This document shows, piece by piece, positions 1 to 9,547 of a DNA stretch of 53,648 nt. Under the pieces are notes generated by a model, which saw only the letters and a program-made list of their open reading frames with translations, made no database searches and was not told the DNA's origin. The DNA is taken from positions 1 to 53,648 of the forward strand of contig CAMWQN010000004.1 of the NCBI GenBank assembly GCA_947176385.1, given 5' to 3'. The stretch comes from an uncultured Rickettsiales bacterium. GTDB lineage: Bacteria; Pseudomonadota; Alphaproteobacteria; Rs-D84. Numbering within the stretch: the stretch's first letter is position 1; each line of letters begins with the position of its first letter. A program made the position numbers and the translations under genes.

Positions 1-74
1 GCCCTAATAGTCTAGTGGTAAAACACGTCCTTGGTAAGGACGAGTCGCAAGTCCGATTCTTGCTTAGGGCACCA
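1..74 (+). tRNA. tRNA-Thr (anticodon GGU), CCA encoded
   Basis: Hand-folded cloverleaf. Acceptor GCCCTAA/TTAGGGC; anticodon stem CGTCC/GGACG with loop TTGGTAA (GGT); T stem GCAAG/CTTGC; discriminator A plus CCA. The T loop reads TCCGATT (C where U55 is expected) and the D stem has one C-A mismatch. Confidence 0.8.
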
Positions 75-82
75 GGTATACA

Positions 83-108
83 AAATCGCCACATTGTGGC
101 GATTTTTT
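83..108 (+). terminator. Intrinsic terminator after tRNA-Thr
   Basis: 8-bp stem ATCGCCAC/GTGGCGAT with a 3-nt loop, followed by a T run (103-108). Confidence 0.7.
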
Positions 109-113
109 GTTTT

Positions 114-141
114 CAGAGTTCAGAGTACAGAGTTCAGATTG
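114..141. repeat. Four tandem heptads CAGAGTT-CAGAGTA-CAGAGTT-CAGATTG
   Basis: Read directly from the sequence; lies between two terminator-like hairpins. Confidence 0.6.
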
Positions 142-163
142 TGTGTATCACGAGTAGGAATAC

Positions 164-187
164 AAAGCACTGATCGGTGCTTTTTTG
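164..187 (+). terminator. Second terminator-like hairpin upstream of the aspS promoter
   Basis: Stem GCACT/GGTGC (one G-U pair), 4-nt loop, then TTTTTT (181-186). Confidence 0.55.
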
Positions 188-215
188 TTGCGTATAGTAA
201 TTTTTTCGTTATAAT
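188..215 (+). promoter_or_regulatory. Sigma70-like promoter for aspS
   Basis: TTGCGT (188-193), 16-nt spacer, TATAAT (210-215). The tRNA-Gly/Tyr promoter has the same -35/-10 pair. Confidence 0.5.
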
Positions 216-360
216 TTTGTCCAAATGCGTGGCTTTGTGATGACGTGACTGACACCCACCGAGCAACGGACGCATGTTAACGAAAGTTATAAGCCGGGGT
301 GGCACCGCGCAGGTAGAAAAATTCCAGCGCCCCCGATTACGAAATAACAAAGGGTCCAAA

Positions 361-2130
361 ATGTTATCATTAAAATCAAAATACAGAACACATACTTGTG
401 GCGAATTGACGGCAAGCAATGTTGGTGAAACTGTTGTGTTATCCGGATGGGTACATCGTAAACGTGACCATGGGTCATTGTTGTTTATTGACCTGCGTGA
501 TAATTATGGTATTACACAATGCGTGTTTGACGGTGGTGATGAAGCGCTGGAAAAAGTACGCCCAGAATCTGTTATTAAAATTACAGGTACAGTTGTTGCA
601 CGTGATGCGGCAGCCGTAAATGATAAAATTCCAACAGGCGCAATTGAAATCAAGGCGGACAAATGGGAAGTATTAACAAACAGTGATGTATTGCCATTCC
701 AGGTGTTTGGTGACGATGACACTGTTGCCGAAGATTTACGTTTGAAATATCGCTATATCGATTTGCGTCGCGAAAGTCTGCACAACAATATTTTAATGCG
801 TAATCGCGTTATTAAATTTATGCGTGATAAAATGTGGGAAATGGGATTTTCAGAATTCCAAACACCAATTCTGACTGCATCCAGCCCAGAAGGGGCACGT
901 GACTTTATCGTACCATCCCGCAATCATCATGGTATGTTCTATGCGTTGCCACAGGCGCCACAGCAGTTTAAACAGTTGTTACAGATTTCTGGTTTCGACC
1001 GTTATTTCCAGATTGCACCATGCTTCCGCGATGAAGATTTGCGTGCCGACAGATTGCTGGAATTTTATCAGTTGGATATGGAAATGTCCTTTGTTGATTT
1101 GCCAGATATCCAGGCGGTTGGAAATACGTTGCTGCCGGCAATGATACGTGAATTTGTAAAGGATGCAAAAATATGCCCGGATATTCCACACATTCCATTT
1201 GATGAAGCGATGTTGAAATATGGTTCAGACAAACCGGATTTACGTAACCCAATTATTATCCATGATGTAACGGATGTGTTCCGTGGATCTGATTTTGGAA
1301 TCTTTGCGAACGCAATCGAAAATGGTGCAGTTGTACGTGCAATCCCGGCACCAAATTCTGCGGACAAGCCACGTTCTTGGTTCGATAAACTGGGCGATTA
1401 TGCGGTCAAAGAATTGGGACTGGGTGGACTGGGATACATTGTATTTGCAGATACGCCAAAGGGACCGGTTGCTAAGAAATTAGATGATGCCCGCATTGCA
1501 AAACTGCATGAAATATCGGGTGACAATTCATCATTGTTCTTTGTTTGTGACGCGCCAGATGCCGCTGCCAAGGCAGCAGGTAAACTGCGCATAAAATTGG
1601 GCGAAGATTTGGGCTTGATTGATGAAAAAGAATTCCGTCTGTGCTGGATTGAATCATTCCCATTCTTTGAAGCAGACGAAGAATCACCAACAGGCATTGC
1701 GTTTACGCATAACCCATTCTCTTACCCGATGGCAACATTGGAAGAATTGAATACAAAAAATCCATTGGATATCAAGGCGGCACAGTTCGACATGGTATTA
1801 AATGGCGCGGAAATTTGCAGTGGTGGTCTGCGTAACTTTAATCCTGAAATCATGGTTAAATGTTTCGAAATCACAGGTTATCCAGAAGAAACCGTCCGTG
1901 AAAAATTTGGCGGTATGTACACTGCATTCCAATATGGCGCACCACCGCACGGTGGATGTGCATTCGGTATCGACCGCTTGGTTCAAATCATGTTGTCAGA
2001 ACCAAACTTGCGTTCGGTTGTCGCATTCCCGACAAATCAACGCGGGCAAGATTTGATGATGGGTGCACCAACAAATGTTACCGAAAAGCAATTGCGCGAA
2101 GTACATATCCAAGTACGCAAAAAAGGATAA
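361..2130 (+). CDS. aspS: Aspartate--tRNA ligase (bacterial type)
   Basis: MLSLKSKYRTHTCGEL N-terminus; class II motifs (FQIAPCFRDEDLRADR, GGLRNFN, GAPPHGGCAFGIDRL). I chose the start at ATG 361 (AAGGG RBS) rather than the ORF-track start at 274. Confidence 0.95.
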   Translation: MLSLKSKYRTHTCGELTASNVGETVVLSGWVHRKRDHGSLLFIDLRDNYGITQCVFDGGDEALEKVRPESVIKITGTVVARDAAAVNDKIPTGAIEIKADKWEVLTNSDVLPFQVFGDDDTVAEDLRLKYRYIDLRRESLHNNILMRNRVIKFMRDKMWEMGFSEFQTPILTASSPEGARDFIVPSRNHHGMFYALPQAPQQFKQLLQISGFDRYFQIAPCFRDEDLRADRLLEFYQLDMEMSFVDLPDIQAVGNTLLPAMIREFVKDAKICPDIPHIPFDEAMLKYGSDKPDLRNPIIIHDVTDVFRGSDFGIFANAIENGAVVRAIPAPNSADKPRSWFDKLGDYAVKELGLGGLGYIVFADTPKGPVAKKLDDARIAKLHEISGDNSSLFFVCDAPDAAAKAAGKLRIKLGEDLGLIDEKEFRLCWIESFPFFEADEESPTGIAFTHNPFSYPMATLEELNTKNPLDIKAAQFDMVLNGAEICSGGLRNFNPEIMVKCFEITGYPEETVREKFGGMYTAFQYGAPPHGGCAFGIDRLVQIMLSEPNLRSVVAFPTNQRGQDLMMGAPTNVTEKQLREVHIQVRKKG

Positions 2131-2135
2131 AATAT

Positions 2136-2162
2136 AAATGCCCCAAACGGGGCATTTTTTTA
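2136..2162 (+). terminator. Intrinsic terminator after aspS
   Basis: AAATGCCCC-AAAC-GGGGCATTT hairpin followed by a T run. Confidence 0.8.
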
Positions 2163-2238
2163 TTGATGAAAATTAAGAAATCAAACCTATTAAAATTTGT
2201 ATTCCTATCCGTATAATTCTGAAAAAACGGATGGGAAT

Positions 2239-2586
2239 ATGATTACACAGACGGATATAGAAAAACTGATTTATACATTAAATTTATCACCATTTCAGGC
2301 ACGCCAGATTTATATGCATCGCGAAGAATATGATATCGGACGCTTGCAAATGCGGGGTAATGTTTTGTTTGCGCCACGGCGGGTGGGGGTGATTGAACGC
2401 GTATTCCGTGGTGCATCGGGCGATATAATCGGACCTGCGCGGATGTTTTTGGCTGGGGCGCGGCGCGTAAAAATGCGTGCCGGTGGATATCACATGGGGT
2501 GCGTTGGTCGGTCAACATACTATGGCGATCCGACAGGTCGGGCAATAATGCGTGACGCGTTTGAGACCAGTGGGCGTGGGAAGTAA
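2239..2586 (+). CDS. Hypothetical Arg/Gly-rich protein (coding status uncertain)
   Basis: Open frame with ATG at 2239; the ORF-track TTG at 2197 overlaps a TATAAT box. The stretch is locally much more GC-rich than its surroundings and open on both strands. No recognisable motifs. Confidence 0.35.
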   Translation: MITQTDIEKLIYTLNLSPFQARQIYMHREEYDIGRLQMRGNVLFAPRRVGVIERVFRGASGDIIGPARMFLAGARRVKMRAGGYHMGCVGRSTYYGDPTGRAIMRDAFETSGRGK

Positions 2587-2662
2587 ATGTCGGCTCTGGG
2601 ATGCTTTTGTTGTTAAAGCTCTCTCAGAGTTTTGAGATGATGAATTATTAAGTGTTAATATA

Positions 2663-3223
2663 TTATAAACTGTTTCCTGGATTTAGAGGATTATTAGCTA
2701 TAGCGTCCCCTAAATCATAATTTGAAAAATCATAAGACGCTTTATCTTTCATGAGTTTATTGATCGTCTTTTCTAAATTCTCGTATTCACTTTGTGTTAT
2801 TAAATTTTCCTCGTACATTTTCTTGGATACTACATTCCAAATTTTTATTAAATTTGTTTCATCTGAAGCATCGAAAAAAGAAAAACTTGGATTACTGGCA
2901 TATATTTTAGCCGCCAAATTGCCAATCATATTATAAAGTTTAACTTTAGGCGGTCTTTTGTCGTTCAGGTAATATTGAGAATTATTCAAAACAGTTTGTA
3001 AAACTTTTTTGCGGATTTTTTTATATACCAAACAATTTGTTAACTCTGTTTCGTTATCGAGACTAGATAATACGGATTCTAATTCGTTTTCTAGAGAATT
3101 ATTCTTTATTGTTTCAGTCGCTTTCTTTACACCTGATAGCATCAACGCTGCTAGAAATTGAATAATACTTGATATAAAGAAAATGGCGAAAATTGAAATA
3201 AATATTATAACAATGGTTTTCAT
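2663..3223 (-). CDS. Hypothetical N-terminally membrane-anchored protein
   Basis: Hydrophobic N-terminus MKTIVIIFISIFAIFFISSIIQFLAALML, then a polar Asn/Lys/Glu-rich body. Lies in an AT-rich islet. Confidence 0.55.
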   Translation of the reverse strand: MKTIVIIFISIFAIFFISSIIQFLAALMLSGVKKATETIKNNSLENELESVLSSLDNETELTNCLVYKKIRKKVLQTVLNNSQYYLNDKRPPKVKLYNMIGNLAAKIYASNPSFSFFDASDETNLIKIWNVVSKKMYEENLITQSEYENLEKTINKLMKDKASYDFSNYDLGDAIANNPLNPGNSL

Positions 3224-3359
3224 CTTTTGTGACCTTTATATGATGTTACTTGGTTTTACTATATAATAAATATCTATATGATTCAACTTAAGTAAATTAA
3301 ATAAACTTATATCTTCCTTTTAACATATTTCATATGTAAATTATTATTTTAGAAAATAC

Positions 3360-3388
3360 TTGACTTTTTGTATCCAGTAGGATACAAT
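3360..3388 (+). promoter_or_regulatory. Promoter with an embedded palindromic operator upstream of the toxin-antitoxin pair
   Basis: TTGACT (3360-3365), 17-nt spacer, TACAAT (3383-3388). A perfect inverted repeat TGTATCC-AGTA-GGATACA (3369-3386) spans the spacer and the -10 box. Confidence 0.55.
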
Positions 3389-3477
3389 GTACAACATAAG
3401 GACATAAACAAAAAGGCTAAAACAGATGAAACTTGGGCACGTAATGGTCGGACGACATTGACCGTTTGGAGACAGAA

Positions 3478-3771
3478 ATGTACATAAAACAGACAAGCGA
3501 GTATGCTAAATGGTTTGATAAACTGAAAGACGAACGTGCGCGGGCCAAAATAGCAATTCGGTTAAGGCGGATAGAAAAAACAGATAACCTGGGTGATTGG
3601 AAATCGCTTAAAGATGGAATCGGAGAGCTGCGGGTAGATTGTGGTCCTGGGTATAGAATCTATTTTGCCAAACGTGGAATGGATATTATCTTGCTGTTGG
3701 CTGGCGGGGACAAATCCAGTCAAGAAGCAGATATAGCGAAAGCTAAAAAAATAAATGAATCTAATCCATAG
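3478..3771 (+). CDS. Type II toxin, RelE/ParE superfamily (HigB-like 'addiction module killer protein')
   Basis: KWFDKLKDERARAKIAIRLRRIE...GDWKSLKDGIGELRVDCGPGYRIYFAKRG..IILLLAGGDKSSQ matches the killer-protein family pattern. It lies directly upstream of its antidote gene. Start moved to ATG 3478 (GGAGA RBS). Confidence 0.8.
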   Translation: MYIKQTSEYAKWFDKLKDERARAKIAIRLRRIEKTDNLGDWKSLKDGIGELRVDCGPGYRIYFAKRGMDIILLLAGGDKSSQEADIAKAKKINESNP

Positions 3772-3813
3772 CAGGATTATTGACAATGAATTCCCCAACA
3801 AAAGGTGGGTGAG

Positions 3814-4140
3814 ATGAAAAAAAATAAAACTCAGATAACAGAATGGAATGTTCTGGATTATCTTCGAACAGAAAAAGATATTGCTAATTATTTACAAGCA
3901 GCGTTGGAAGAAAACGATATTGAATTCTTTTTAGTTGCTCTTGGTGATGTCGCAAAAGCAAGAAGTATAAATAAAATAGCAAAAGAAATTGGCGTTGGTC
4001 GAGAATCTTTATATAAAAGTTTATCTGGGACCCGTCGTCCTAATGTGGAAACTGTATTCAAAGCAATAGATGCATTAGGCTTAAAAGTTAATTTTGTACC
4101 AAAGAATTCAAATCAACAATTAAAAGCAGCAGTTGCATAA
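3814..4140 (+). CDS. Type II antitoxin, HigA-family HTH 'addiction module antidote protein'
   Basis: WNVLDYLRTEKDIANYLQAALEEND...LGDVAKARSINKIAKEIGVGRESLYKSLSG...P..ETVFKAIDALGLKV is typical of the antidote family. Start at ATG 3814 after AAGGTGG. Confidence 0.8.
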   Translation: MKKNKTQITEWNVLDYLRTEKDIANYLQAALEENDIEFFLVALGDVAKARSINKIAKEIGVGRESLYKSLSGTRRPNVETVFKAIDALGLKVNFVPKNSNQQLKAAVA

Positions 4141-4142
4141 AA

Positions 4143-4166
4143 AACGCCTTTTCAAGGCGTTTTTTT
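4143..4166. terminator. Bidirectional terminator between the antitoxin and asmA-like genes
   Basis: AACGCCTT-TTC-AAGGCGTT with an A run upstream and a T run downstream. Confidence 0.75.
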
Positions 4167-4186
4167 ATAGTTCAGAAAAGAACATA

Positions 4187-6667
4187 TTAAAACTTGTTAT
4201 GTGTTTTTACAAATGCACGCATGAATGATGCGTCAAAGTTCTGCATGATTTCAGACAGCGAATATCCACGCGAATTGTCGGGCGCAATATCTAGTTGAAT
4301 TGTGACCGGTGTTGGTGCAGTTCCACGCATTGTTATATCAAATGTTGCAGTCATCATTGATGATGTTATACCCAATCCACCAACCGCATCAGCATGACGC
4401 ATTTGCAATGTAATTGGTTTTGTTGTTATGAAATCACCGTTTTTATATTCGCCGGCGACAAATGCGTTTTTGATGCGTGTTTTGCCACCATCCAATGCGT
4501 CTGCCAGGACATATTCTGCATTCAGGCGGGTTATGTTTTCCGCCGATGCATAGAACCCATCCAGCCCCAGCCCCATAATATATCCGCCATCAAATATCAT
4601 TTCTATATTGCCGGATAAATTATATTCCAGGTCATGTGCAATATATCCAGATGTTGTTAATTCAATGTCTGCGGTGATTGTGCTGTCTGTAATATTCAAT
4701 GGCATTTTTGATGACAGTAATGCGCCATTGGTTACAAATTTATTTAACTGTAATGATATGTCGTATTCTGTTTTTTTCTTTTCAATTATCGCCAGCATGT
4801 TTCCGCGTGCATTGTCAGTGATTGAAAATGCCTGGACGCCGGGCTTTAATGAATATGTAAAGTTTTGATATTCTGCGCCGTTATATATAATCCGGTCGGC
4901 GGATATGAACACATTTGTGTTTAAATCAAATGGTATCATAATCGGGGCATTGGCTAAGAATTGTAATTCGTCATAGTTATCAATAAAGCCTTGATTTATA
5001 AATGTATCCAGATTTAACAGTGTGGTGTTCAGGCGGATTGCGTCACCTGTATATGTGCCGGTAAATGTATGACCGCCGATTTCGATTTTTAAATCAGATA
5101 TATTCTTGTTACTGTATGTGCCGGAAATCGTATATCCCATATCATCTATAGATTGCAGGTCCAGGTGTGGAAACAAATCTTTGATATTTGTACCGGTCAT
5201 ATAAAAACGGTTGCCGGACAATGACAAAAACCAACGACCTGAATGTGGTGTGAAATCCATTGTGTCATTATCACGCCATGAAAAATCGCCAATGTCATCA
5301 GTCATAAAATTTGGTAAAAATTTAAAGTTGGGATTTAACCAAGACATAGTTTTGTCTTTGGCAAATGTGTATTTGGGGGTGGTCGATTTTGTATCGATAT
5401 TGATTGTGCCGCCCATGTCGGCGAATTTAAATGTAATTGTGCCACGTGGTGCTAAACGTGATGTGTGCCGTGCGATAACATCATTTGTAGGCATTTGATT
5501 TGGGGATGCGACAACCAGGTTAAATGTATTGTTTTTTACAGAAATCTGACCGCGGATGTCACCCCATGTAAATTGTTCGCATGTCCAATTTTCGGGTGTG
5601 CCTGAAAATACGCATGTGGCGCGGATGCCTTCGTATGGCATTTGTATAATCATGTTGTGGGCGCCATTTTTATCAATTGTGCCGCCAGTAATTGATATGT
5701 CATCGGCAATGATTTTTTTGATAAAAACCGCTTCATCCGTACCATTTGCCACAATCTGTAAATGATTAAAGTTATATTTGCCGAATGATAAATTGCCATA
5801 AAAATCCAAATCGAACGATGTGCGTTGCAGCAACGTAGACGGATTTGCCAGGAATGAAAAATCAAAGTCTAAATCCTGGGCAGACATTTTTATATTGCGT
5901 GCCCCATCCGGCATCAGTTCAATGTCGCCATGGACGGTATCATTTGCATAGATGTCTGAAAATTTAAATCCGTATTCGCCGTCCCAATCAAAGTTTGTTG
6001 TCATGCGAACGCGCATGTTGATTTTGGGTTCTGAAAATTGAAACCAGCGGTTTATGTCATTTGTATCAATTGCCATGCGACCACGTGCGGTGCCGTCTGA
6101 GTACAACTGACCAAAGATTTCCAGATTATCATTTTGGTTATGGATATAGAATTCATTATCTGCAAAATGAATTTCATATTTATGTTGGTCTGTGCGAATA
6201 TTGCCTGTCAATTCCCCGGCAGACAGGCGTCCGCGGACGATAGTATATTGCTTGCCCAGGAATTCGACAGATGTATTATATATTTCAATATCATGCTTTA
6301 ACGGCATTGTTTCCAATGTATCAATGCGCATTTGACCGCCGTGTATTGCGATATTGCCGGTCAGACTGGCAGATGCCAAATCAAATGCAGCAGACAATGG
6401 CACAGAAAATGCAACATTACGTATTTGCCCCAGCGGCGTTTCAACATCGTGTGCGACAATTGTTGCGCGCCCTAACATACTGAAATTTATATCCCCACGG
6501 ATTATGGCATTGACGCCGGTTTGCTGAATAATTGCCGATTGCAGTTTTGGCTTTAACGCGTTCAAGTTTATCATTGGGGGGATAATAACCACACCAACCG
6601 CAGTCATGCCCAGAATGCTTGTCAGGGTCCACAGTATGCGACGTTTGTATCTAGGTTTTAATGCCAT
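4187..6667 (-). CDS. AsmA-family outer-membrane biogenesis protein
   Basis: 826 aa. A basic N-terminus and a single TM helix (RRILWTLTSILGMTAVGVVIIPP) are followed by LKPKLQSAIIQQTGVNAIIRGDINFSML, which is typical of AsmA N-domains. The remainder is long and predicted beta-rich. Confidence 0.6.
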   Translation of the reverse strand: MALKPRYKRRILWTLTSILGMTAVGVVIIPPMINLNALKPKLQSAIIQQTGVNAIIRGDINFSMLGRATIVAHDVETPLGQIRNVAFSVPLSAAFDLASASLTGNIAIHGGQMRIDTLETMPLKHDIEIYNTSVEFLGKQYTIVRGRLSAGELTGNIRTDQHKYEIHFADNEFYIHNQNDNLEIFGQLYSDGTARGRMAIDTNDINRWFQFSEPKINMRVRMTTNFDWDGEYGFKFSDIYANDTVHGDIELMPDGARNIKMSAQDLDFDFSFLANPSTLLQRTSFDLDFYGNLSFGKYNFNHLQIVANGTDEAVFIKKIIADDISITGGTIDKNGAHNMIIQMPYEGIRATCVFSGTPENWTCEQFTWGDIRGQISVKNNTFNLVVASPNQMPTNDVIARHTSRLAPRGTITFKFADMGGTINIDTKSTTPKYTFAKDKTMSWLNPNFKFLPNFMTDDIGDFSWRDNDTMDFTPHSGRWFLSLSGNRFYMTGTNIKDLFPHLDLQSIDDMGYTISGTYSNKNISDLKIEIGGHTFTGTYTGDAIRLNTTLLNLDTFINQGFIDNYDELQFLANAPIMIPFDLNTNVFISADRIIYNGAEYQNFTYSLKPGVQAFSITDNARGNMLAIIEKKKTEYDISLQLNKFVTNGALLSSKMPLNITDSTITADIELTTSGYIAHDLEYNLSGNIEMIFDGGYIMGLGLDGFYASAENITRLNAEYVLADALDGGKTRIKNAFVAGEYKNGDFITTKPITLQMRHADAVGGLGITSSMMTATFDITMRGTAPTPVTIQLDIAPDNSRGYSLSEIMQNFDASFMRAFVKTHNKF

Positions 6668-6714
6668 TCTCTTCTGTCCTTGTATTTCGATTATAATGGA
6701 TTATATTTATTGTT

Positions 6715-8706
6715 GTGAATAAAAAAATATTTAATCTTGAAAGTGCCTATCAACCAATGGGCGACCAGCCAACTGCCATATCTGAATTAGTGGCAGGTGT
6801 CAAGGATGGACGTAAAAATCAAGTCTTGTTGGGCGTGACCGGGTCCGGTAAAACATTTACCATGGCGAATGTTATCGCAGAACTGGGGCGTCCAGCGTTA
6901 TTGATGGCGCCAAATAAAATTCTGGCTGCACAGTTATATACGGAAATGAAATCGTTCTTTCCGCATAATCATGTTGAATATTTTGTGTCTTATTATGATT
7001 ACTATCAGCCAGAGGCGTATATGCCAACAACCGATACATATATCGACAAAGATGCGTCTATTAACGAGCAGTTGGACCGTATGCGTCACAGTGCGACACG
7101 CGCCATGCTGGAAGAACGCGATGTTATTGTTGTATCCAGTGTGTCGTCTATTTACGGTATGGGGTCGCCAGAACAATATTCTGGAATGAAACTGGTGTTG
7201 AATGCCGGTGATCATATCGGAATCAGTGATGTAATGCGTGAATTGGTCAACATTCAATATAAGCGCAATGATGTTGCATATAATCGTGGGGAATTTCGTG
7301 TGCGTGGTGATACGCTGGATGTGTTCCCATCCCATTCCCAGGACCGGGGATGGAAGATTTCATTCTGGGGTGATGAAATCGAAGAAATATGGGAATTTGA
7401 TACATTGACCGGGGCAAAGTTACAACAACTGGACAGAATTGCGATTTACCCCAATACGCACTATGCAACCCCAATGCCCAGCATATTACAGGCAATCGGT
7501 CAAATGCGTACCGATTTAGAAGAAAGATTAGAATACTTTCATGAAAATATGAAGTATATCGAAGAGCAACGTTTGCGTGAACGTGTGAACTTTGATATCG
7601 AAATGATGGAAAGCACTGGGACATGTCGTGGGATTGAAAACTATTCACGGTATTTATCGGGACGATTGCCTGGGCAGCCACCACCGACGCTGTTTGAATA
7701 CCTGCCCAAAGACGCAATTTTATTTATTGATGAAAGCCATGTGACCGTTCCACAGATTGGCGCGATGTCACGTGGTGACCGTGCGCGTAAGGAAACGTTA
7801 TCGCAATATGGATTCCGATTGCCGGCGTGTGTTGATAACAGACCGTTGACATTTGATGAATGGGATGCGTTGCGTCCCCAGACTATATTTGTATCGGCAA
7901 CACCGGGACCGTGGGAAATGGAACAATCGGGTGGCATTGTATCCGAACAGGTTATTCGTCCGACGGGGTTGCTGGACCCAATCTGCGAAGTGCGCCCAAC
8001 AACGCATCAGGTTGATGACCTGTTACATCAGGTAAAACAAACATCGGGACGCGTTTTGGTTACGACACTGACCAAGAAAATGGCAGAACAATTAACCGAT
8101 TATTTTGTTGAAAACGGGGTGCGTGCGCGGTATTTGCACAGTGATATTGAAACGTTGGAACGTATCGAATTGTTGCGTGATTTGCGGCTTGGAAAATATG
8201 ATGTGCTGGTTGGTATTAACCTGTTGCGCGAAGGCTTGGATGTACCGGAATGTGAACTGGTTGCGATTATGGACGCTGATAAAGAAGGCTTCTTGCGTTC
8301 GACGCGTTCGCTTATCCAGACAATCGGGCGCGCGGCACGAAATGCAAATGGGCTTGTGATTTTATATGCTGATAAAATGACGGATTCTATGACGGCAGCA
8401 TTGGATGAAACCGCACGTCGTCGCGAAAAGCAGATGGCATATAATACCGCACACAACATTACACCCAAAACTGTATCCAAGGCAGTCTTTGCTGAGGTTG
8501 GAGACAAGGAAGAAAAAACGGATAAAAAACGTAAATTCGTATATGATAAATCCGGTGGTGTTATGGATGCAGATACGCTGCGTAAACAGATACGTGACTT
8601 GACACGCAAAATGCATCAGGCGGCAAGTGATTTGGAATTTGAAACGGCAGCAGACCTGCGTGATGCCATCCGTAAAATGGAAGACGATTTGTTATTGTTG
8701 GAGTAG
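6715..8706 (+). CDS. uvrB: Excinuclease ABC subunit B
   Basis: GDQPTAI, Walker [25 protein letters not shown], and a C-terminal UVR motif ([12 protein letters not shown]). GTG start. Confidence 0.95.
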   Translation: MNKKIFNLESAYQPMGDQPTAISELVAGVKDGRKNQVLLGVTGSGKTFTMANVIAELGRPALLMAPNKILAAQLYTEMKSFFPHNHVEYFVSYYDYYQPEAYMPTTDTYIDKDASINEQLDRMRHSATRAMLEERDVIVVSSVSSIYGMGSPEQYSGMKLVLNAGDHIGISDVMRELVNIQYKRNDVAYNRGEFRVRGDTLDVFPSHSQDRGWKISFWGDEIEEIWEFDTLTGAKLQQLDRIAIYPNTHYATPMPSILQAIGQMRTDLEERLEYFHENMKYIEEQRLRERVNFDIEMMESTGTCRGIENYSRYLSGRLPGQPPPTLFEYLPKDAILFIDESHVTVPQIGAMSRGDRARKETLSQYGFRLPACVDNRPLTFDEWDALRPQTIFVSATPGPWEMEQSGGIVSEQVIRPTGLLDPICEVRPTTHQVDDLLHQVKQTSGRVLVTTLTKKMAEQLTDYFVENGVRARYLHSDIETLERIELLRDLRLGKYDVLVGINLLREGLDVPECELVAIMDADKEGFLRSTRSLIQTIGRAARNANGLVILYADKMTDSMTAALDETARRREKQMAYNTAHNITPKTVSKAVFAEVGDKEEKTDKKRKFVYDKSGGVMDADTLRKQIRDLTRKMHQAASDLEFETAADLRDAIRKMEDDLLLLE

Positions 8707-8964
8707 GTGATGAATAAGAAAAACAAGAACCATGAAAATATTATCAGTGGATACAGTATTTATATATCAATGTTATATGCAAACTGGTTTGCGGTGGAAT
8801 ATTTAACGCAACGTGGGGGGCGTGTGTTTCGTGTTCGTCTGCCATATAATACGCTGGCACGTGCCAAGCAGATGCGCAATCATCTGACAACGGGTGTTGG
8901 TACCGCGTTAACACCAGACTATCAACCACATATTCATATTGTGAAAAATGGGATTGTTCGATGA
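8707..8964 (+). CDS. Hypothetical small protein
   Basis: The start follows GGAG directly after the uvrB stop. Its stop overlaps the tsaE start (ATGA), suggesting translational coupling. No recognisable motif. Confidence 0.45.
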   Translation: MMNKKNKNHENIISGYSIYISMLYANWFAVEYLTQRGGRVFRVRLPYNTLARAKQMRNHLTTGVGTALTPDYQPHIHIVKNGIVR

Positions 8965-9359
8965 CAGAATTTATATCAAATAATGTTTCTGAATTGCGCG
9001 CATGGGCAGCAGGGTTTGCACGTACATTAAATGCGCCAATATGCGTTGCGTTGCATGGTGATTTGGGAATGGGAAAATCTGAAATTGCACGAACGATAAT
9101 TCAAACATTGCGTGGGGCGGATACCATTGTCCCCAGTCCGACATTTACAATCGTGCAATCTTATGATGGGATTTCACATTTTGATTTGTATCGTGTAAGT
9201 GACCCGTCTGAATTGACTGAAATTGGACTGGCGCATGCAATTGCAAATGATATAACATTGATTGAATGGCCGGATGTTGCGACAGAAATGCTGCCGAAAA
9301 ATGCGATACATGTTTACATCAGTGAATATAATGATGGACGTAAAATCGTTATAGAATAA
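8961..9359 (+). CDS. tsaE: tRNA t6A37 threonylcarbamoyl-transfer ATPase TsaE
   Basis: LHGDLGMGKSEIAR P-loop, SPTFTIVQSY, HFDLYRV, LIEWPD. Confidence 0.85.
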   Translation: MTEFISNNVSELRAWAAGFARTLNAPICVALHGDLGMGKSEIARTIIQTLRGADTIVPSPTFTIVQSYDGISHFDLYRVSDPSELTEIGLAHAIANDITLIEWPDVATEMLPKNAIHVYISEYNDGRKIVIE

Positions 9360-9547
9360 TCCTAGGAAAAGGTGCCTGTTGAACAACGGGGGCTTTTGAT
9401 GCATATTTATTGCGACATGTGAAAACATGTCAGTCAGGATAAAACACTGACGCGCAAGCACCGCGTACAAGGGCTTTTCAAACAGTCCCGAACCCACATC
9501 CCTATGGATTTGACGCAATGCGCCTGATTCATAAAAGCGTTGTTTGT

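Noticed and set aside
114-141. Possible CRISPR or other spaced-repeat array
   Set aside because: The repeats are contiguous 7-mers without spacers. I found no 25-40-nt repeat/spacer periodicity and no cas genes anywhere in the window.
274-360. Upstream extension of the aspS ORF
   Set aside because: AspRS homology starts at MLSLKSKYRTHTCGEL (361), which has its own RBS. The extension would add 29 unrelated basic residues.
2663-4140. Mobile element (IS or integrative island) call for the AT-rich islet
   Set aside because: No transposase or integrase ORF, terminal inverted repeats or flanking direct repeats could be identified. I report it only as a compositional islet carrying a toxin-antitoxin pair.
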